Positions 38,184 to 53,700 of a DNA stretch of 64,000 nucleotides are shown here, in pieces. The DNA is taken from assembly GCA_037379345.1 (NCBI GenBank), contig CM074518.1, positions 38,219,586-38,283,585 of the forward strand, written 5' to 3'. This DNA is from Perna viridis (lineage: Eukaryota). The notes beneath the pieces were generated by a model. It saw nothing but the letters and a program-made list of their open reading frames with translations. It was not told the origin of the DNA and did no database searches. The translations under genes and the position numbers were made by a program. Positions within the stretch are counted from its first letter, which is position 1, and each line of letters begins with the position of its first letter.

Positions 38184-38970
38184 TTACGATTTATTCTGCA
38201 CTATATCAGGTCCTTAAAACTCTTTTTATCATTTTGGAATTCTCTACCATTTAGTTGCCTTCGGAGACGCTATAATAGAAACGCACGTCATCGACAGTAA
38301 ACCCAAAGTACATTTCCTTGTAAGATTCCTGCGAATTTCGAATACATGATGCAATAGAAACATATGTAAAAACATCAAGCGAAAATTTCATTCCAAAGTG
38401 GACTTCTTTATTTTAATGATTATTATTTGATCACATGGTTCAACTTTGAAGAAAGATACAGTTCTAGAATTTTTTTTTCTTTACAGAATAGCTGCATGCC
38501 CTTGAATTTATTATTGATCTTAGAATTACCACTAATGTTGTCAGAACGATATCAATCTAACCATCAGAGCAAAATGGTCCTCTTTGCATTTTCTGAAAAA
38601 TGGAATGTCAAAATTAAAGACGCATTACTACATTTTCTTAGCAAAGGATAATGATTTTGACAGCCATCTTTGATTTGTATGTATGATCAGTTTTGCTCAT
38701 ATTGTTGAAAAAGTAAAATTTTTGTTCAAGATCCTTAACTTTCCCAGTTCACGATCAAGTTTAAGTACTTTTCACTACGATTTTTCTCGCTTGACAGTAT
38801 GATGCGGGTGAACTTGGTTAACCTATATTATCGGGGTCAATAAATGCTGAGGGCTATGTGGCGTCTTCTTGATGTGATGTTTATATTTTGGGGCGTTTTC
38901 CTTTTGCTCCAAAATTTAGGCCTTTTGCGGCACAACTCTTTTGCGTCAGTTTACTTTTCGATTTTCGAAG

Positions 38971-39373
38971 TTAAGTAACTATCTTTGGAAGAATCATGCA
39001 AAATCTGAAAAATGTGATACACCCCAAAAAAGGCTACATATTTTTATTTTTGTAATTAAGTTGTTTTATGGGTCTATAGTATGAAATGTGTAATTATTCA
39101 TTCAAATCTACCTGCTCTTAGGAGATAATCAACATTGAAAATCCAGTAGATTCAATTGTATTTGGGTGTCATTTACAGAATTATCTCCCTTAATTTTGAA
39201 ATCTACAGTGCACTGTATATAATTTTTATCTCCTAAGAATACGGGTTATATGAAAAACTGAATGTTAATTTCTGTTTACTATGACAATTCAAACAAAATA
39301 TCAAAATAAAAATATATAGGCTTTTTACCCATGAATCACATTTTGCATGATTCTTAGCTGGAGTGCTACTTAA
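38971..39373 (-). mobile_element. MITE family A
   Basis: Reverse-complement copy of 25625-26029 with TTAA at both ends. Confidence 0.9.
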
Positions 39374-39493
39374 ATTGCGCCAATAAATTAATGATCATTT
39401 TGCCACAGAATACAAGTAAAGTTACATTTGTGGCGTGGTTATTTTGGTTCGTTTTTTTTTCAAATCTCTATAATTGGTTGTTCATCTTATATT

Positions 39494-39710
39494 TTAAGGA
39501 GGTAGACCTAGGGTAAGGGACACAACTCTTAAAAATCATTGGAACGTTTGTATTCAGCATTTCACATCAATCTTATGTAAGCATCAAATTAACTAGGATT
39601 CATTTTATTCTGCTTCGAAGGAAAGCTTAAAAGGCTTTGGTGAAATTGAATATAATACAAACATATCACTGATTCATGAGTTATGTCCCTTACCCTAGGT
39701 CTACCTCCTT
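39494..39710 (+). mobile_element. MITE family B (TTAA-GG...CC termini, Kolobok-like)
   Basis: Perfect 27-bp inverted ends aaggaggtagacctagggtaagggaca / tgtcccttaccctaggtctacctcctt. Superfamily is inferred from TTAA plus purine-purine ends only. Confidence 0.85.
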
Positions 39711-41127
39711 GTCAACCTAAATGACTGCATTACAAAGTTACATATGTAAACCAGTGAGTATGGCCATCTTTTTTATTCAGCTATGGGACATGTTAGCGAC
39801 AGACGGACAGACGAGCAATACTTAATCCATTATAAAATAGAAGAACTAGTAAACCATTTACATATACGTTATCCAGTTATTTCTCCTTTCTTCTTGTTAA
39901 TTTTGAATTTTTGAAGTTGAAGCTTGAAAAACAAATGATTACAATCAATTTAAATTGAAAATAAAAAAAATAAATAATTATAATAAAATATTTATGGTTG
40001 GTTTTTATTCTGGATATGTTTTTAAATATATATGTATTTTATATGTTTATTTTCTTTAATTCATTTCTAATTCATTTTCTTTATTTTATGATCGGTTTAC
40101 TTTAAATTTTTACTTCTTTGATATTTAATTTACTTTTTTGTATTTGGCGCAACATGTAAACACGAAAAAACATTTTTTGGCGCAATTTAAGTACCATTTT
40201 ATATCCAATTAGCTCAAAAGGACGATGCCCATTTTTGTATGCTATAACTACAAGTACATTTTGTACATTTTGTACTTTGGTGGCTGTCTCACAGACATTC
40301 TCCTGCATTTCTACTTTTATAAACAGCTACATGCTTTGAGCGTATGATACCCCGTTCCTCTGATAAAAGGAAATTGAACCGTTATTTATATCATATATTA
40401 TATATCATGCTGATGTTAACCCTTTAAACATGTTTTTTTTGTACCGTGGTGGACTTTTTATAATACAATACAGGGAATTTTATTCTTCAGGTTACAGTGC
40501 GACATTTGGGAAAATCCTAGAATATTAAAAAGTTCCATTACTCTGAAACTGAAAGTAGAATTTCCTTCAAAAAGTATACCGTTTGATCATTATAACAAAC
40601 AATTGTGTAAAGCTGATAGTTTTAATAACAAGGGGTTCTCAAGGTAGAGTGCGTCATGTGAAAAATCCCATTTAAAATATGAAAAAGTCTGTAACAAACA
40701 ACTGTGATGAGATGTAAAATATTAATCCTTCCTTTCTTTAAATTCAAGTCTCATAAATGGGAAACTAAAGCTAAAAATAGAACTTCCTTCAAAAGGTATA
40801 CAGACTGTTACACTATCATTACAAACGATTGTACAAGAATAAGGGGATTCTCAAGGTGCCACATGTTAACACGATCGGACGGACGAACGATATACGATCT
40901 ATATTTGACGGGCGTTTAAAAAAAACGCAGTGTGGACCAGGTACGTAGATGGTGTACTTGTTCCCAGCTTTTCTTAAGGAATTCTTCAAATAATAAATGC
41001 AGTATTTGCTTACTTTGGAAAGTAAATGTTTCTTGTTAATGTAGGAACCGTGTCTGCTGACACTATCAGGGTATACTGTTGCAAAGTACATGTTTATAAG
41101 ATCGTCATGTTTATTTATTATAACAGA

Positions 41128-42625
41128 CTTTCTAAAGGGGACATTATACCTCACGGCATGGAAAACTTCTGATGGAATATTACACCTCTTGGCATGGGAA
41201 ATTTCTGGGGACATTTTATCTCATGTCATTGGAAACTTCTGTCGGAAAACTATACTTCATGGCATGGGAAACTTCTGGGGGAAGCACCATACCACATGGC
41301 ATTGGAAACTTCTGGGGGAACATTATACTTCATTTCATGGGAAACTTCTGGCCAAACATTATACCTCATGACATGGGAAACATCTGGGGAACATTACATG
41401 TATACTTTATGCATTGTGAACTTCTGGGGGAAGCATCATACCACATGGCATTGGAAACTTCTGGTGGCACATTATACTTCATGGCATGGGAAACTTCTGG
41501 GGAACATTACATGTATACTTAATGACATTGGATACTTCTGGGGTAACATTATACTTCATGGCATGGGAAACTTCTGAGAGAACACTATACTTCATGGCAT
41601 GGGAACCTTCTGGCTGAACATTATACCTCATGATATGGAAAACTTCTGGGGAACATTACATGTATACTTTATGGCATTATGAACTTCTTAGGGTAGCATC
41701 ATACCACATGGCACTGGAAACTTCTGGGGGAACATTATACTTCATGGCATGGGAAACTTCTGGCTGAACATTATACCTTATGACATGGGAAACTTCTTGG
41801 GAACATTACATGTATACTTCATAACATTGGAAACTTCCGTGAGAAGCATCATACCACATGGCATTGGAAACCTCTGGGGGAACATTATACTTCATTGCAT
41901 GGGAAACTTCTGGCTGAACATTATACCTCCTGACATGGGGAACATTACATGTATACTTTATGCCATTGTGAACTTCTGGGGGAAGCATCATACCACATGG
42001 CATTGGAAACTTCTGGGGGAACATTATACTTCATGGCATGGGAAACGTCTGGGGAACATTACATGTATATTTAATGACATTGGAAACTTCTGGGGGAAGC
42101 ATCATACCACATGGCATTAGAAATTTCTGGGCTAACATTATACTTCATGGCATGGGAAACTTCTGTGAGAACACTATACTTCATGGCATGGGAAACTTCT
42201 GGCTGAACATTATACCTCATGACATGGAAAACGTCTGTTAAACATTACATGTATACTTTATGGCATTGTGAACTTCTGGGGGAAGCATCATACCACATGG
42301 CACTGGAAACTTCTGGGGGAACATTATACTTCATGGCATGGGAAAATTCTGGCTGAACATTATACCTCATGACATGGTAAAATTCTGGGGGAACATGTAT
42401 ACTTCATGGCACGGGAAACTTCAGGGGAACATTGTACTTCATGTCGTGGCATTGGAAACTTCTGGGGAACATTATATCTCATGGCATTTGGGAGCATTAC
42501 GTATATATATGATGGCATGTGGAACTTTTGGGAGGACATTATACCATATGGGAAACGTCCCGCGGAAAACATGATACCTCATTGAAAACTTCCAATGGAA
42601 TATTTTACCTCATGGGAAACTTCTG
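41128..42625 (+). repeat. Complex satellite of about 30-37-bp subunits with higher-order pattern
   Basis: Recurring tggcatgggaaacttctggggaacattatacttca, with variant subunits (aagcatcataccaca, ggctgaacattatacctc, acattacatgtatactt) in repeating order. Confidence 0.95.
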
Positions 42626-43464
42626 CACCGAAAGTATTTGTTGTTACAAATATGGGAAAAGGGTGGCCTTTGAGATTAGCTTACTATTTGCGCAAAACTT
42701 ATAAAATTGAACAAACCTTAAATTCATCTCAACTTGCAAAAGTAAGCTGTTTAAAAAATTGATCGCATCGAGATGGGTTACACGGTGTATTAAAAGTCGT
42801 TATTTAAAATTATTCAACTTAATAAAACTTTACACTGATAATCATTTCGAATATGAATGTATATATATGTGCGGATTATGGCATCTAGTTTTATTTACAA
42901 TAATATTTAGTTCATAAACTTTAATTAGTAAAAATATTGTATAGGACTTGTTCTTTTGTCGTTCTATCATAACAACAAAAATATCTTAAATCTAAATAAA
43001 ACATATTACATTTTTTAATTCGTTATTTTGTTTATGAAAGAATAAATCTAATACCAAAAATTACCATCGATCCATTGATTTCAAAATATTAAATTTTGTT
43101 ATTTCAATATACTTTTTGTTATAAAACTGTAAGGTTGGTTTTGTATGATCAGATTTCGATTGATTCGCGTGTTTTATTAAAGATTTGTAGCTTTTAGCTG
43201 GCCGTCAAAGTGCACTTGATATGTTGGATTTTTTTAAAGCCAACATAACTGGAGGAGTTGGATTATGGGAATCTCTTGGTAAGTTGTACGTTGTATACAG
43301 GGAGGGGACGTCATAACAACAAACATCCTGATCAATATATACACCCTCCATTAAAGAGAGGAGGGGTGGATATGACGAAAACATATTCCAACGGAGTCAA
43401 CTTTTGTCAAAAAATTGAAAGTTAGCGAATCTCTGTTAGGGTAACATATTTTAACTTGAAACTT

Positions 43465-43684
43465 TTATAGGAAGTAGACATGAGGTAAGGGACACAACTC
43501 TACAAATCATTGGAAAGTTTGTATTCAGCATTTGACATCAATCTCATGTAACCATCAAAGTAACTTGTATTTATTTCATTCTGTTTCAAATGGAAGCTTG
43601 ATAGGCTTTTGTAAAATTGAATACGATACAGATATATCATTGATTTCAAGAGTAATGTCCCTTACCCTAGGTCTACCTCCTTAA
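43465..43684 (+). mobile_element. MITE family B
   Basis: Homologous to 39494-39710, ends gtctacctccTTAA. Confidence 0.85.
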
Positions 43685-43790
43685 AACAGTAATAGTAAAG
43701 TAATGTCAAGTTGTTGGATTAAAAACTTCCCTTACATTGTGGCTCACACGAGTGAAACTCGCATCTGACAAAGTATGTACCTGTGCAAAG

Positions 43791-43941
43791 GAGTAATGAA
43801 GGGAACCAAGATTCAAGCGGAAATCAAAATGATGTAATCCAGGGACAAAGACCGGACATGGAAAACAGACACACACAACAAAGGACATAAAATAACCAAA
43901 ATAATGCATACAGAGTAACAAAAGTAAATGAGCAACTCGGA
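43791..43941 (-). mobile_element. SINE-like family C, truncated
   Basis: Reverse complement of about 18930-19082. Confidence 0.7.
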
Positions 43942-46900
43942 TAGGTCAGAACACCCTTGTGTTAGAAAAATTTTGTAAACTTTGTGTAAAATGGGCAAAA
44001 TGAACAAATTGCAACCTAGAAGTTCTTTTTATTGTTTTAGAACGGACTTTCCCCCTTTTTAAATTTCTGTACCCGCCTCTATGACATCTGCATTAAGATG
44101 TCGTAAATACAATTATCTGGAACATCGATCTGATTTCCGTCGCATGTTGTGTATTTATTTACCTGTCTATAGATATACACGTAAACAACAATAGGTTTAA
44201 TTAAAGGCACAAAATCTGTCCAAACAAAATACTTTCCTTAACGATATTAAAAAAGGACACTTTTCACTTCAAAAGACATTTACATAATCTTATCAAATTT
44301 AATCCCTATTAGGTAATACTAAACGCCTTCCGTTTCTATTTTTATTCTTGGTGTATTTTTCAATAGAAAGTAAATAAATTCACCAATAATTTTTAGCCGC
44401 AGAAAATTATTTTCATTATTTTTAATTAAGAAAATTAGCACCGAAGAAAAAAAAATTATTTCATTTTTTTGTGGAAAATTGTAATCAGCATATTTACTCA
44501 AGGTAAGCCATTTATTTTTTTTATATTTTGATTATTGTAATTACTGACAATTCAATGAGTTGTGATTATATTCAACGTAATCAAAAATTAACATTTAAAC
44601 ACACCGATCTGACTTATCATTTCACTCTTTTCTTTATTCGAAAAGACTGTTATTTGATCTCTGAATCACTGGATTTGCTGAAATATTTTGCAATAGAATG
44701 TTTTAAAAATGAAGTTTTTGGACAGAGTTATCTCTCCTTAAAATATTAATTTTTTATTGCATTTTAATAAAATTGTTACTCAATCTAGCTAAATGATATG
44801 GAATTAAATATCTTGTCTTTTTCGTTTGATTTTGATAGTACAAATAGTTAAAGAACACTATCAAAATTGTGTTTTTTTAATACCATTTTTCATCAACTGT
44901 GTGATTCTTACAGAGACTGACACTTTAAAGTACTACTATTCTGCTAAAAAACCCATGTATGATAATGATAAAGGACCCCATATATGTCCCATCTAATTTT
45001 AAAAAGGCACCGAACTCCAGATGAACTACATTAATTTTTCAAACAGCTTTAAATTACACGATTTTAACTGTAAACACCTAACAAAGGTATTTCCAAATTC
45101 AAATTAAATGTCAAATTTGGAGAAAAAAAGTTTTTTTTTTCCTTACATCTAAATACAATTTGGTGTTATCAAAAACCAAGGTATCATCTGTCACGAAAAT
45201 GGATGACAAAGGACCATAAAGTTTTTTCAAGGTTTTAAGTTTAAATTGAATTGAATATGAAAATTAACTATGCTGCATGTGGGTTGAATTTTAGTACACT
45301 GAGCTTAATATTATTTCCTGTTTATACATGTACTCAGTATTACTTTATTAAAACGATTGTCTGTAACCCTTCGTACCATGTCTTTAGGGATAAGTAGAAT
45401 GTCAGAAGATAACTTTTCCCAGATTGAAATAATTACATATACATGTACAGAACCGGATCCAAGTGGAGGGGTCCGGGGTTGGACTCCTCCTTTTGTCCGA
45501 ATTTTTGTTTTTAAATTTCGTTCAAAACTTTGGCAAAGTTGGCAAATAATAGACGGGCCCCTGTATCCGCATATGAATCGTTATCAAATTAAGGGACTTG
45601 TGCGTTAAACTTTTTTTTTCTGGGATCTCACGCTACGCTACAAAAATGAGTTATCGTTCTTGTTCCAGTAGAAACGAAAGAAAGTATTTTAAAAGACAAT
45701 ACCATACCAGTAATCCATGTTTAGTACTTAGCATTATAAAGATAAAGAGATACTTATAAGGCAGAATAGGACTGTCATAGAAACGAACACATACATATAC
45801 ATTTATTCAATCTATAAAAACATTTAAATATCTGTTATAGAGTATATTATTCATTTTCATTCATACTTTAGTCCCGATATTCATTTTGACGAATTCCATC
45901 AACTATAATTAAAATATCAAATTATAGTAAATTTGTGAAAAGTCAGGCACACATAAAAATATTTCTATTAATGTGTATCATCTGGCAAACATTTTAAATG
46001 TTATGTTCGAAACCACATACACTACTTCAATTTAGGATATTACAAATCACGAGTTCGATGTTTTATTGTTTTGTTTACAGCACGGTATGTTGTTTTAATT
46101 AGCCCTTGCACAAGGTTTGATATAACAATTTATTTCAACCTTTCGCTCGTACGTTTTCTTTTTAAGATGTCGCAAAGTTTATCAATAATAGTAAATGTAC
46201 TGTTTTCAGTGCTTCAAAGTGTGCGCGTTTTTTATTGTACCGATATTTATATTATTTTACTAGTAGGAGAGTCGTCTTATCTGTGCACGTTATTTCTTAA
46301 ATAACATCAAAGTTTTTTTTGTATTTTGTGTTACATTATGTGTTATGTTTATATTTAAAAAAATTGACACACAAATACAAAAAAATAGATGCATTTGTAG
46401 ACTTCTAACTGCCAAAGGAAGACCGAAATCAAGGTTAAATGTTTTTTCTCATGCCATTAAAGAATAAAAAATTAAAAATACGAAATAAATTACAAAGGTA
46501 AAACAGGGAGAGTGGTATTAAGAAGCTTCATTGGATCCTGTCTACAATTACCTGTGTAAGACTTAAGCAAAAATATTCAACACGATCACGAAAAGGGTAG
46601 TTATACACCCTTTCCTGCCAGTATGATCATTCCAAGTACATGTAAAACAAGATTTAACACGCACTTATTGAAAGTAAAAGGTAAAAATTAGATGGACGGA
46701 TAGTAGTTCTTAAAATTGCATTTGCTGAACTCATTTTGCCCCGATTTTGCATCTTTAATCCGCCCCTGCCTCATTGGTAGATGGAAGAAGATGATACTTA
46801 ATATTCTGACACAGAAACATAAACCAAAAAACTTAAAATAAATAAGTAATCTGAGGCCAACCAAAACTTGGACCAGGAAGCAATCATTAATATGACGTGT

Positions 46901-49195
46901 TATTACTAAGCACGCAACAGACCAAGATACATCACCGAAGGGTTAAAACCCGGATGTGCAGTTCATGAATATAACGAAACCCTCTATCCAATATTGGCAA
47001 CAACCGAAAGGAAGATATTTGTCAATTCATGTACCTTATTTACTAATAAAGACAAGGTTGCACTGTAACCCCGAAGAAAACCAAACAAGATATGGTAGAT
47101 GAAAATAGAAAAGAAAATAGGCATGTTTTCAGGAAACAATTGTGTGTGGTCGACATAAACCGCAAGACGTGTAAAAAGTTGAAAGAAAAACCAAAATAGA
47201 AAAATCCATCTTTCGATAAAGGGGATTTCCTATTAACTGTAAAATTTCCTGTTAAATTTGTGGTTACCTCCCCATCTTTCATTTGGTTTAATGGAAAAAA
47301 CAGTTAAAATAAGATAATTTATCGTTCACCTTAACCCCGATGTAGGCACTGTAACCTGAATTTAATGCTATGAAAGTACTTGTATAGAGATATTCATCTT
47401 ATTATTGTTTCTATTATTATATCTTCAACTAAATGTAACAATTGACTGCAATAGACTAGAACCAATTATTTGTCAATAAAATCACAGTGATATTAAAAAG
47501 AAACCCCGTATCCATGTTTATATTCAATAAACATCGGTTTTATGGCCAAAATATGGTCGAGCATTGTTACCTTTAAATAGAAATTAGTAAAATAAGTGAT
47601 ATAAATACGTAAAAACACATTAAGTTTCGTTTTTCTTCATTTTATTTGTTTCTATTGTCAGAGATTGGAGAAGGAATCCCGAAGACATTGATCAAGTTGT
47701 TGGCAGTATCCCAGCTATCATGAGTTCTTTAGCTTAGAAAATTTTGATTTCGATAAAATTGGAAAGCGGAGATGGACGACACCTCAATATCCTCCGGACG
47801 GAGGACGACTTTCTTAGAAATCAAGGAGGAGACTTTCTTCAACCACACAGTACCCACAGTATTGTTGCTAAAGAAAAACAAAATCAAGGTAGGCAGGATG
47901 TTTTGGTATTTGCTTGTCTTTTTGTGCTTCATCCGTCTGTTTCTTTTTCTTTCTCTATTTCAGCATAAATCTGTCGTGAGTCTGTAATATTTCGTTCGGT
48001 TCGCCCTTTATACATGTAGACCGCCTTTATTACCTGTCTTCACGTTCTTGTCATGGATTTGGATTTTGACGTACATGTATTTGAATTGTCCCATTGTTCA
48101 CGCTTAGGTATTTTTGCCAATATTTTTTTCCGTAACGGAATACCCTGGAGTTTTTTTTTTTTTATTCTTCTGTCTATAGAAAATACTGTCGATTGAACAA
48201 ATCGTCACCCTATATTACATGTACCTAGATTATAGTTGCTTTTTATTTGAATGTAGTTTGCAAAGTGTATGAAAACTGATCGAAAAGGCTGTGTTTCAAT
48301 GTCAAGCATTGCATCGCCTTTATCCACCTATTCCTACTTTAACGAAAATCCCCAGAGGTCAAATATATGAAGGAACTTTTCAAGAGATCAAACAACTAAG
48401 ATGCTTGGTTTGCCTATTTCCTAACGAACGACGCTGTGCTACAGAAATTTAGAAAAAAAAGTTCCTTGTGTCCTTAGAATTTTATAAAATAATAAATGCA
48501 TGTTTTGAAAATACGCTATCCAGTAGAAGTCGGAATTTTACTGACATTTAAAAAGATATCATCTTCTGAAACGCCCTTTTGGTAGCTGTAGTCAGCTACA
48601 CTTAGCATGCACTGCAGGTGATTGGGGAGACTTCCCCCAATGAATCAAAATTTAGCGTACACCACAAGAAGTGCAAAGTACAATATACAAAATAGGAGAT
48701 ATGGTATGATTGCCAATGAGACAATCATCCACCAAAAGTCAAGTAACGAACAATTAAACTTCTACAGATCAACACATGGTCTACAAAACTGCTTGAATCG
48801 AATGTGCAGTGCGATGTTTGTTCTCGACATGGCGTGACTGCCGTTGACGACAAAGGAGTAGTTTTCTTTTCAGATCGTAATTGATAAGTGTGATCTTTGT
48901 GTTGTCATATATTTATTTGCCGAAATAACACTATCTATTGCTGATTTAAGTTCTAATGAAAGCACATTACACACATAATCTTTAAACTCCCATCTTCTTA
49001 CGTAATGTTTCATTATAAATTCAAATTCAAATTAAACTGTTTAAATTTCCTCTTGAAATCACGAATTCCAAAGTATATATGTCGATTTTAAATTCCCACT
49101 AACGTTAATATAAAGCAAAAAGTACATATATATCTTCTAAAAAAATCACCGAAAAAGAAAATGAACAGAAAATTTATACAATTTAGTCTGTTCTA

Positions 49196-49405
49196 AGAGT
49201 AATCAAGGGAACCAGAGTTATAGTGATAATCAAAAGAACGTAATCCATGGACAAAGACCAGACATGGAAAACAGACATAGACATACACAACAAAGAACAT
49301 ATAGTAACTAAAATCATACATAAAAAATAACAAAAGCAAATGAGCAACTTGGACTCCACTAAAAACTAGGAGCATGGACCAGGTGTACCGGTAGGGTAAG
49401 GGTCC
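49196..49405 (-). mobile_element. SINE-like family C
   Basis: Reverse complement of 18879-19082. Confidence 0.75.
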
Positions 49406-50346
49406 TAAACTCACTTTGATTTAAAAAAAGCCCGAATTTGGAACTGAATTTGAATTTTAAAAGACTATTGAAAATGATGGATCTGTCTGTATGAAAAGTG
49501 ATTTTCTAAGGATACCTCGGGCGATAGAAAATCGCACTCTTACAATGACAATACAATGCAGGCAGTTGTGTTGATATTTATAAGCATTCAACGAAAAGGG
49601 GGAAAGTATAAATAAATGAAAGGTCGAGCTTAACTTTGTTGTAAGCGCTTGTCTTAACTGATTATTGGAAATGCAGCCAAAAAATTCCTTATGAGTAAAC
49701 TTATAACCTGAATCGAATGTGTTCCCATACCATCATCAAATAATCAGATGAGTTGGATTAGCCTTATTCTGTTTTGAAAACGCGTACACCGTTACACTAC
49801 ATTAGCGCGATTTTATCTGATACAAGCGCAAATATAAAGAATATATATATAGTAAACAACAAAACTATCGCATGGTTTTAATACCGCGAGACCCTAGTGG
49901 GATTTTGTTTAAAGCAAATACGTCTCTTATTCATTTACCACAAACTAAATTAATGCTCAAAATCTTTGACATGCACAAGGTATACTCAAAAGACACCACT
50001 CGTCTAACAGCAACGTAGAAGTATTAAATGTTCTGAAATTGGTGAAAAAGTAACGAAGTTGTTGTTCATGATCCTTAACATCTTCCGTTCACGATCGAGC
50101 TGCGATTTGGGACATTTGTTCACGATCATTTCTCTCGTTTGACAGTATGAAAAGAGTGAAATGGAGTTGCATATGATTATTTTCTCCCATTCATAGGCTT
50201 CATTCACATCGCACGAGCGAGTGATTAAAAAAAATGTAATTTCCCGCCATGTGCCGGGAAATTAAAATGTCGCTTGAAGACTCCCAACTATTACCACGCT
50301 TACCACGCTTACCATGTTTACAGTTGGTATTCATATTGTTGATCAA

Positions 50347-50748
50347 TTAAGTAACTGTCTTTGTAAGAATCATGCACAATCTGAAAAATGTGATACACCT
50401 CAAAAAGGCTACATATTTTTATTTTTGTAATTAAGTTGTTTTATGGGTCTTTACTATGAAATGTGTAATTAATAATTCAAATCTGCCTGCTCTTAGGAGA
50501 TAATCAACATTGAAAATACAGTAGATTCTATTGTATCTGAGCGCCATTTACAGAGTTATCTCCCTTAATTTTGAAATCTACAGTGCATTCTATATAATTT
50601 TATCTCCTAAGAACACGGGTGATATGAAAAAGCACATGTTTATTTCTGTTTACTATGGCAATTCAAACAAAATATCAAAAATAAAAATATGTAGGCTTTT
50701 CACTCATGAATCACATTTTGCATGATTCTTAGCTGGAGGGCTACGTAA
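50347..50748 (-). mobile_element. MITE family A
   Basis: Reverse copy, ttaagtaac...gctacgtaa. Confidence 0.9.
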
Positions 50749-53700
50749 ATAGTTGTTGATTTACGAATGTAGTGTACCAGCTAATCATAATGGTAGTGAT
50801 ATCGATGACGCAATGACTTGATGACTGGAGGGGAGGTCCTTGATGACGTAGTTGATGTTGGGATAATTTAGGGTGTTGTTTAATTTATTTTTTATAGTTT
50901 TATTCATGGGAGAACCAGTTCTCCCTCTTTTCTTTCGGGGATTTAAGGATTTCTCCACTCTCGATAGTTATATTTTAGATTTTAACTGTCTCGAGTGGAG
51001 AATCCTGTAATCCCTTCGAGACTGAAGGAGAATCTACATATCTCCTTCATTTAAACAGTGATATCAGACGTCTGTCTATTACCGAATCCCCTTGAGAGAG
51101 AATAATTCGTTCGATCTAAGATGTTTGTTTTTCTGTTTGCTTAGACAAGTTTCCGACAGAGCCAAGGCCCTGTTCAGACAAATTTCAATGTACATTGTAT
51201 ATACCCTGCAAAGCGCAATGTACTTCAAATTTCCGTGCATTTGTATTGTCATCATGATCACCATCCGATAATTTGAACTATTGCAGTTTGACAAAAAAAA
51301 ATGCTTAGTCATTTTGTGTATAGGCGCCTTATTGTTAAAAACAAACACTTTACCAAAATAGCATGACAAATGTTGTAGGCTGAACGAATATAATAAACGA
51401 TTGTTTAGTTTTATAATCTAAAGTTATATGATGAATATTATAACTCTATAACTTGCAGGTGCACGATTTACGCTAAATTAAAAACTTTGATTAAAATATA
51501 CGATTATATTAGTGTTACAATGCAAAATTAAGCAATAATTATTCAAATTGTCCGATAAAATCACATTTCTTTGTTCATTTTCTTAAAACTTTAAGTTTCT
51601 TTTCTTTTTCATCTATGGTAGCAAACTAATTTCCACCCTATTTTCATATACACAACTCAATGCCCTTGTGCGATTAAACTGTTTTTTTTTTAATTAAACG
51701 CAATATTGAAGTGGATGGGATATCTGTGTCACGAAAAGTTGTGGTAAAATCCCCTGAATATTTGTATTACAACGGAGAAGTAGTGAAACATGGACTTATG
51801 ACGGCGGGTTGAAGGGGTGGGAATGGTAGTGGAGGGGACGGGGAACGGTGGTTGAAGGGGCAGCGAACGGGTAGTGAAAAATGCGGGAAGCGGGGATTAT
51901 GGTTGGGAACAATAACCGGGGATAAAATGAAAGGGGTCAGGAAGCGGTGGTCAGGAGGATGGAAGGTGGTGACCTAGGGGAGGAAGCGGGGATGAAACAC
52001 CCCTTGTCTAACCCTTACTTATAGTAATTGTATATATTAAGGCATTGCCTGGTTTAATCAAGTACGGGTCGAGGGATACCAACTGTACTTTATAAGCACA
52101 GAAGATCTTCACCACTTACTTAGTGGTAGCTACGGTATTTATTTGCAATTTATTCTATTTTTGTCATTAAATACCTGCTACAGGACCCTCACTTTATTCA
52201 ATCTATTAACTTTTATTAAACATAATTGTGGGGAAATTAAAAGTTTAAAGGGACTTACGAGAAAATGTAAAATTTCCCATTCTAAATGGATCCATTGACT
52301 TTCGCTAATAACAAAACTCTCCGTTGTTCGGTGTTTGTTCCTATTATTTAATATATATTTGCTAGGCTGTTCTATACTGTAATTGTTTGATTTGCGACAC
52401 TAGGCGGTATAAATACGCATACCTACCCAAATATATGCAAAGGGAATGTTTTAATAATTTTTTTATAGATGAGACATTATAAATATTTATCATGTTCCAC
52501 CCATTTAAAGCGGTTTTGTGTTTTACTTGGTATTACACAGCTGACGATGATATTCGGAACTCCAACACGTACAGCAAATGACTTTTTTTACAAGACTCGT
52601 CATAACTCATCAAATGTCTTTTCGCTCACCAATTTGTGAAAATACGAACTACGGTATCTATACTAAATTTTCAACGAGTGCGTAATAAATTGCTTGAAAG
52701 ACTTGTACCTGCCTAGGCTTCAGTGGATAAACTTATTACATTTAAGGGGTCATGCATGAACATACAGGGACGTGTAATGTGAAGTATCGATTTTTCGTCC
52801 AATTTGGAGTGACAACTGCGTGATTTTTAGTCGCCCGAAGCGGATTTTAAAGGATTCCTGAGTTTTTAATGAAAGTTCCTCATGTTCCGTGTGTAAGTCC
52901 AGCATGTGATACTTTATTACATAACTTAGAAATATGATTATTTGATTTTTGGTGCCACTTTTCTCGACTACGAAGCTAGGTAGCCAATAACATAAGCCCG
53001 TGATTCGATGTCTCTGGGAGACTAAGGGATTAGAATCTGATTGAAGTCCAAATACACAGGTATCTTTTACGCCAACCAAAACTATCTTTACACAGGAGAG
53101 TTAGATAGCCTATTGACATCCGATGACATTATTTAGAAAGATGAACCGTACACAGATTAAAATATTAATCTAGTACAATAGTTTCTCTAATACCAGTGAA
53201 ATATTTATCTTCGATATTCTGTTATTTATAGAATACCTAGATGTCAAGTGTTCGATAAACTATACCACTGACTGTGTGTATGAACTTCAGATTCTAATAC
53301 TGACTAAGTTTATAGACTCTATAACTTAACAATTATTGTGTTTGTCTTCCCATCTCAAAATCCCTGACTTGTCAGTTTGATAGGAATATATCTTCCCTGT
53401 TGTAATCCGATTTTCAGATTATTATTTTTGTACAATCTGATTTTCTGGTATAGAAGACGTTGTTTTTGGATGCTAGCATTGTTAGAGAAGTCGTGAAGCT
53501 ATTGATAGATTTTACTACAAGAACTACAAGCTAATCCGCCCGTTTCACTTGCTTCATTTGCTAGTCTTGGAAGCCTTTTCATAGTTTAGAACAGCTTTGA
53601 AACTTAGCGCGATATATGAAGAAAACCCGTTTGAGCGTGAAAAAACCGTTGAATTCAGGGCGTCGGAAAGTACTTGCTTTTGACAATTCAGCTACCAAAA

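Noticed and set aside
41090-42704. Multiple His/Trp/Gly-rich ORFs
   Set aside because: Overlapping translations of a satellite in several frames and on both strands.
47660-47892. Exon-like segment with acceptor and donor
   Set aside because: Stops occur in all three frames across the segment and no product is recognisable.
51800-52000. G-rich tract with quadruplex potential
   Set aside because: No linked gene or promoter evidence; probably internal to a repeat.
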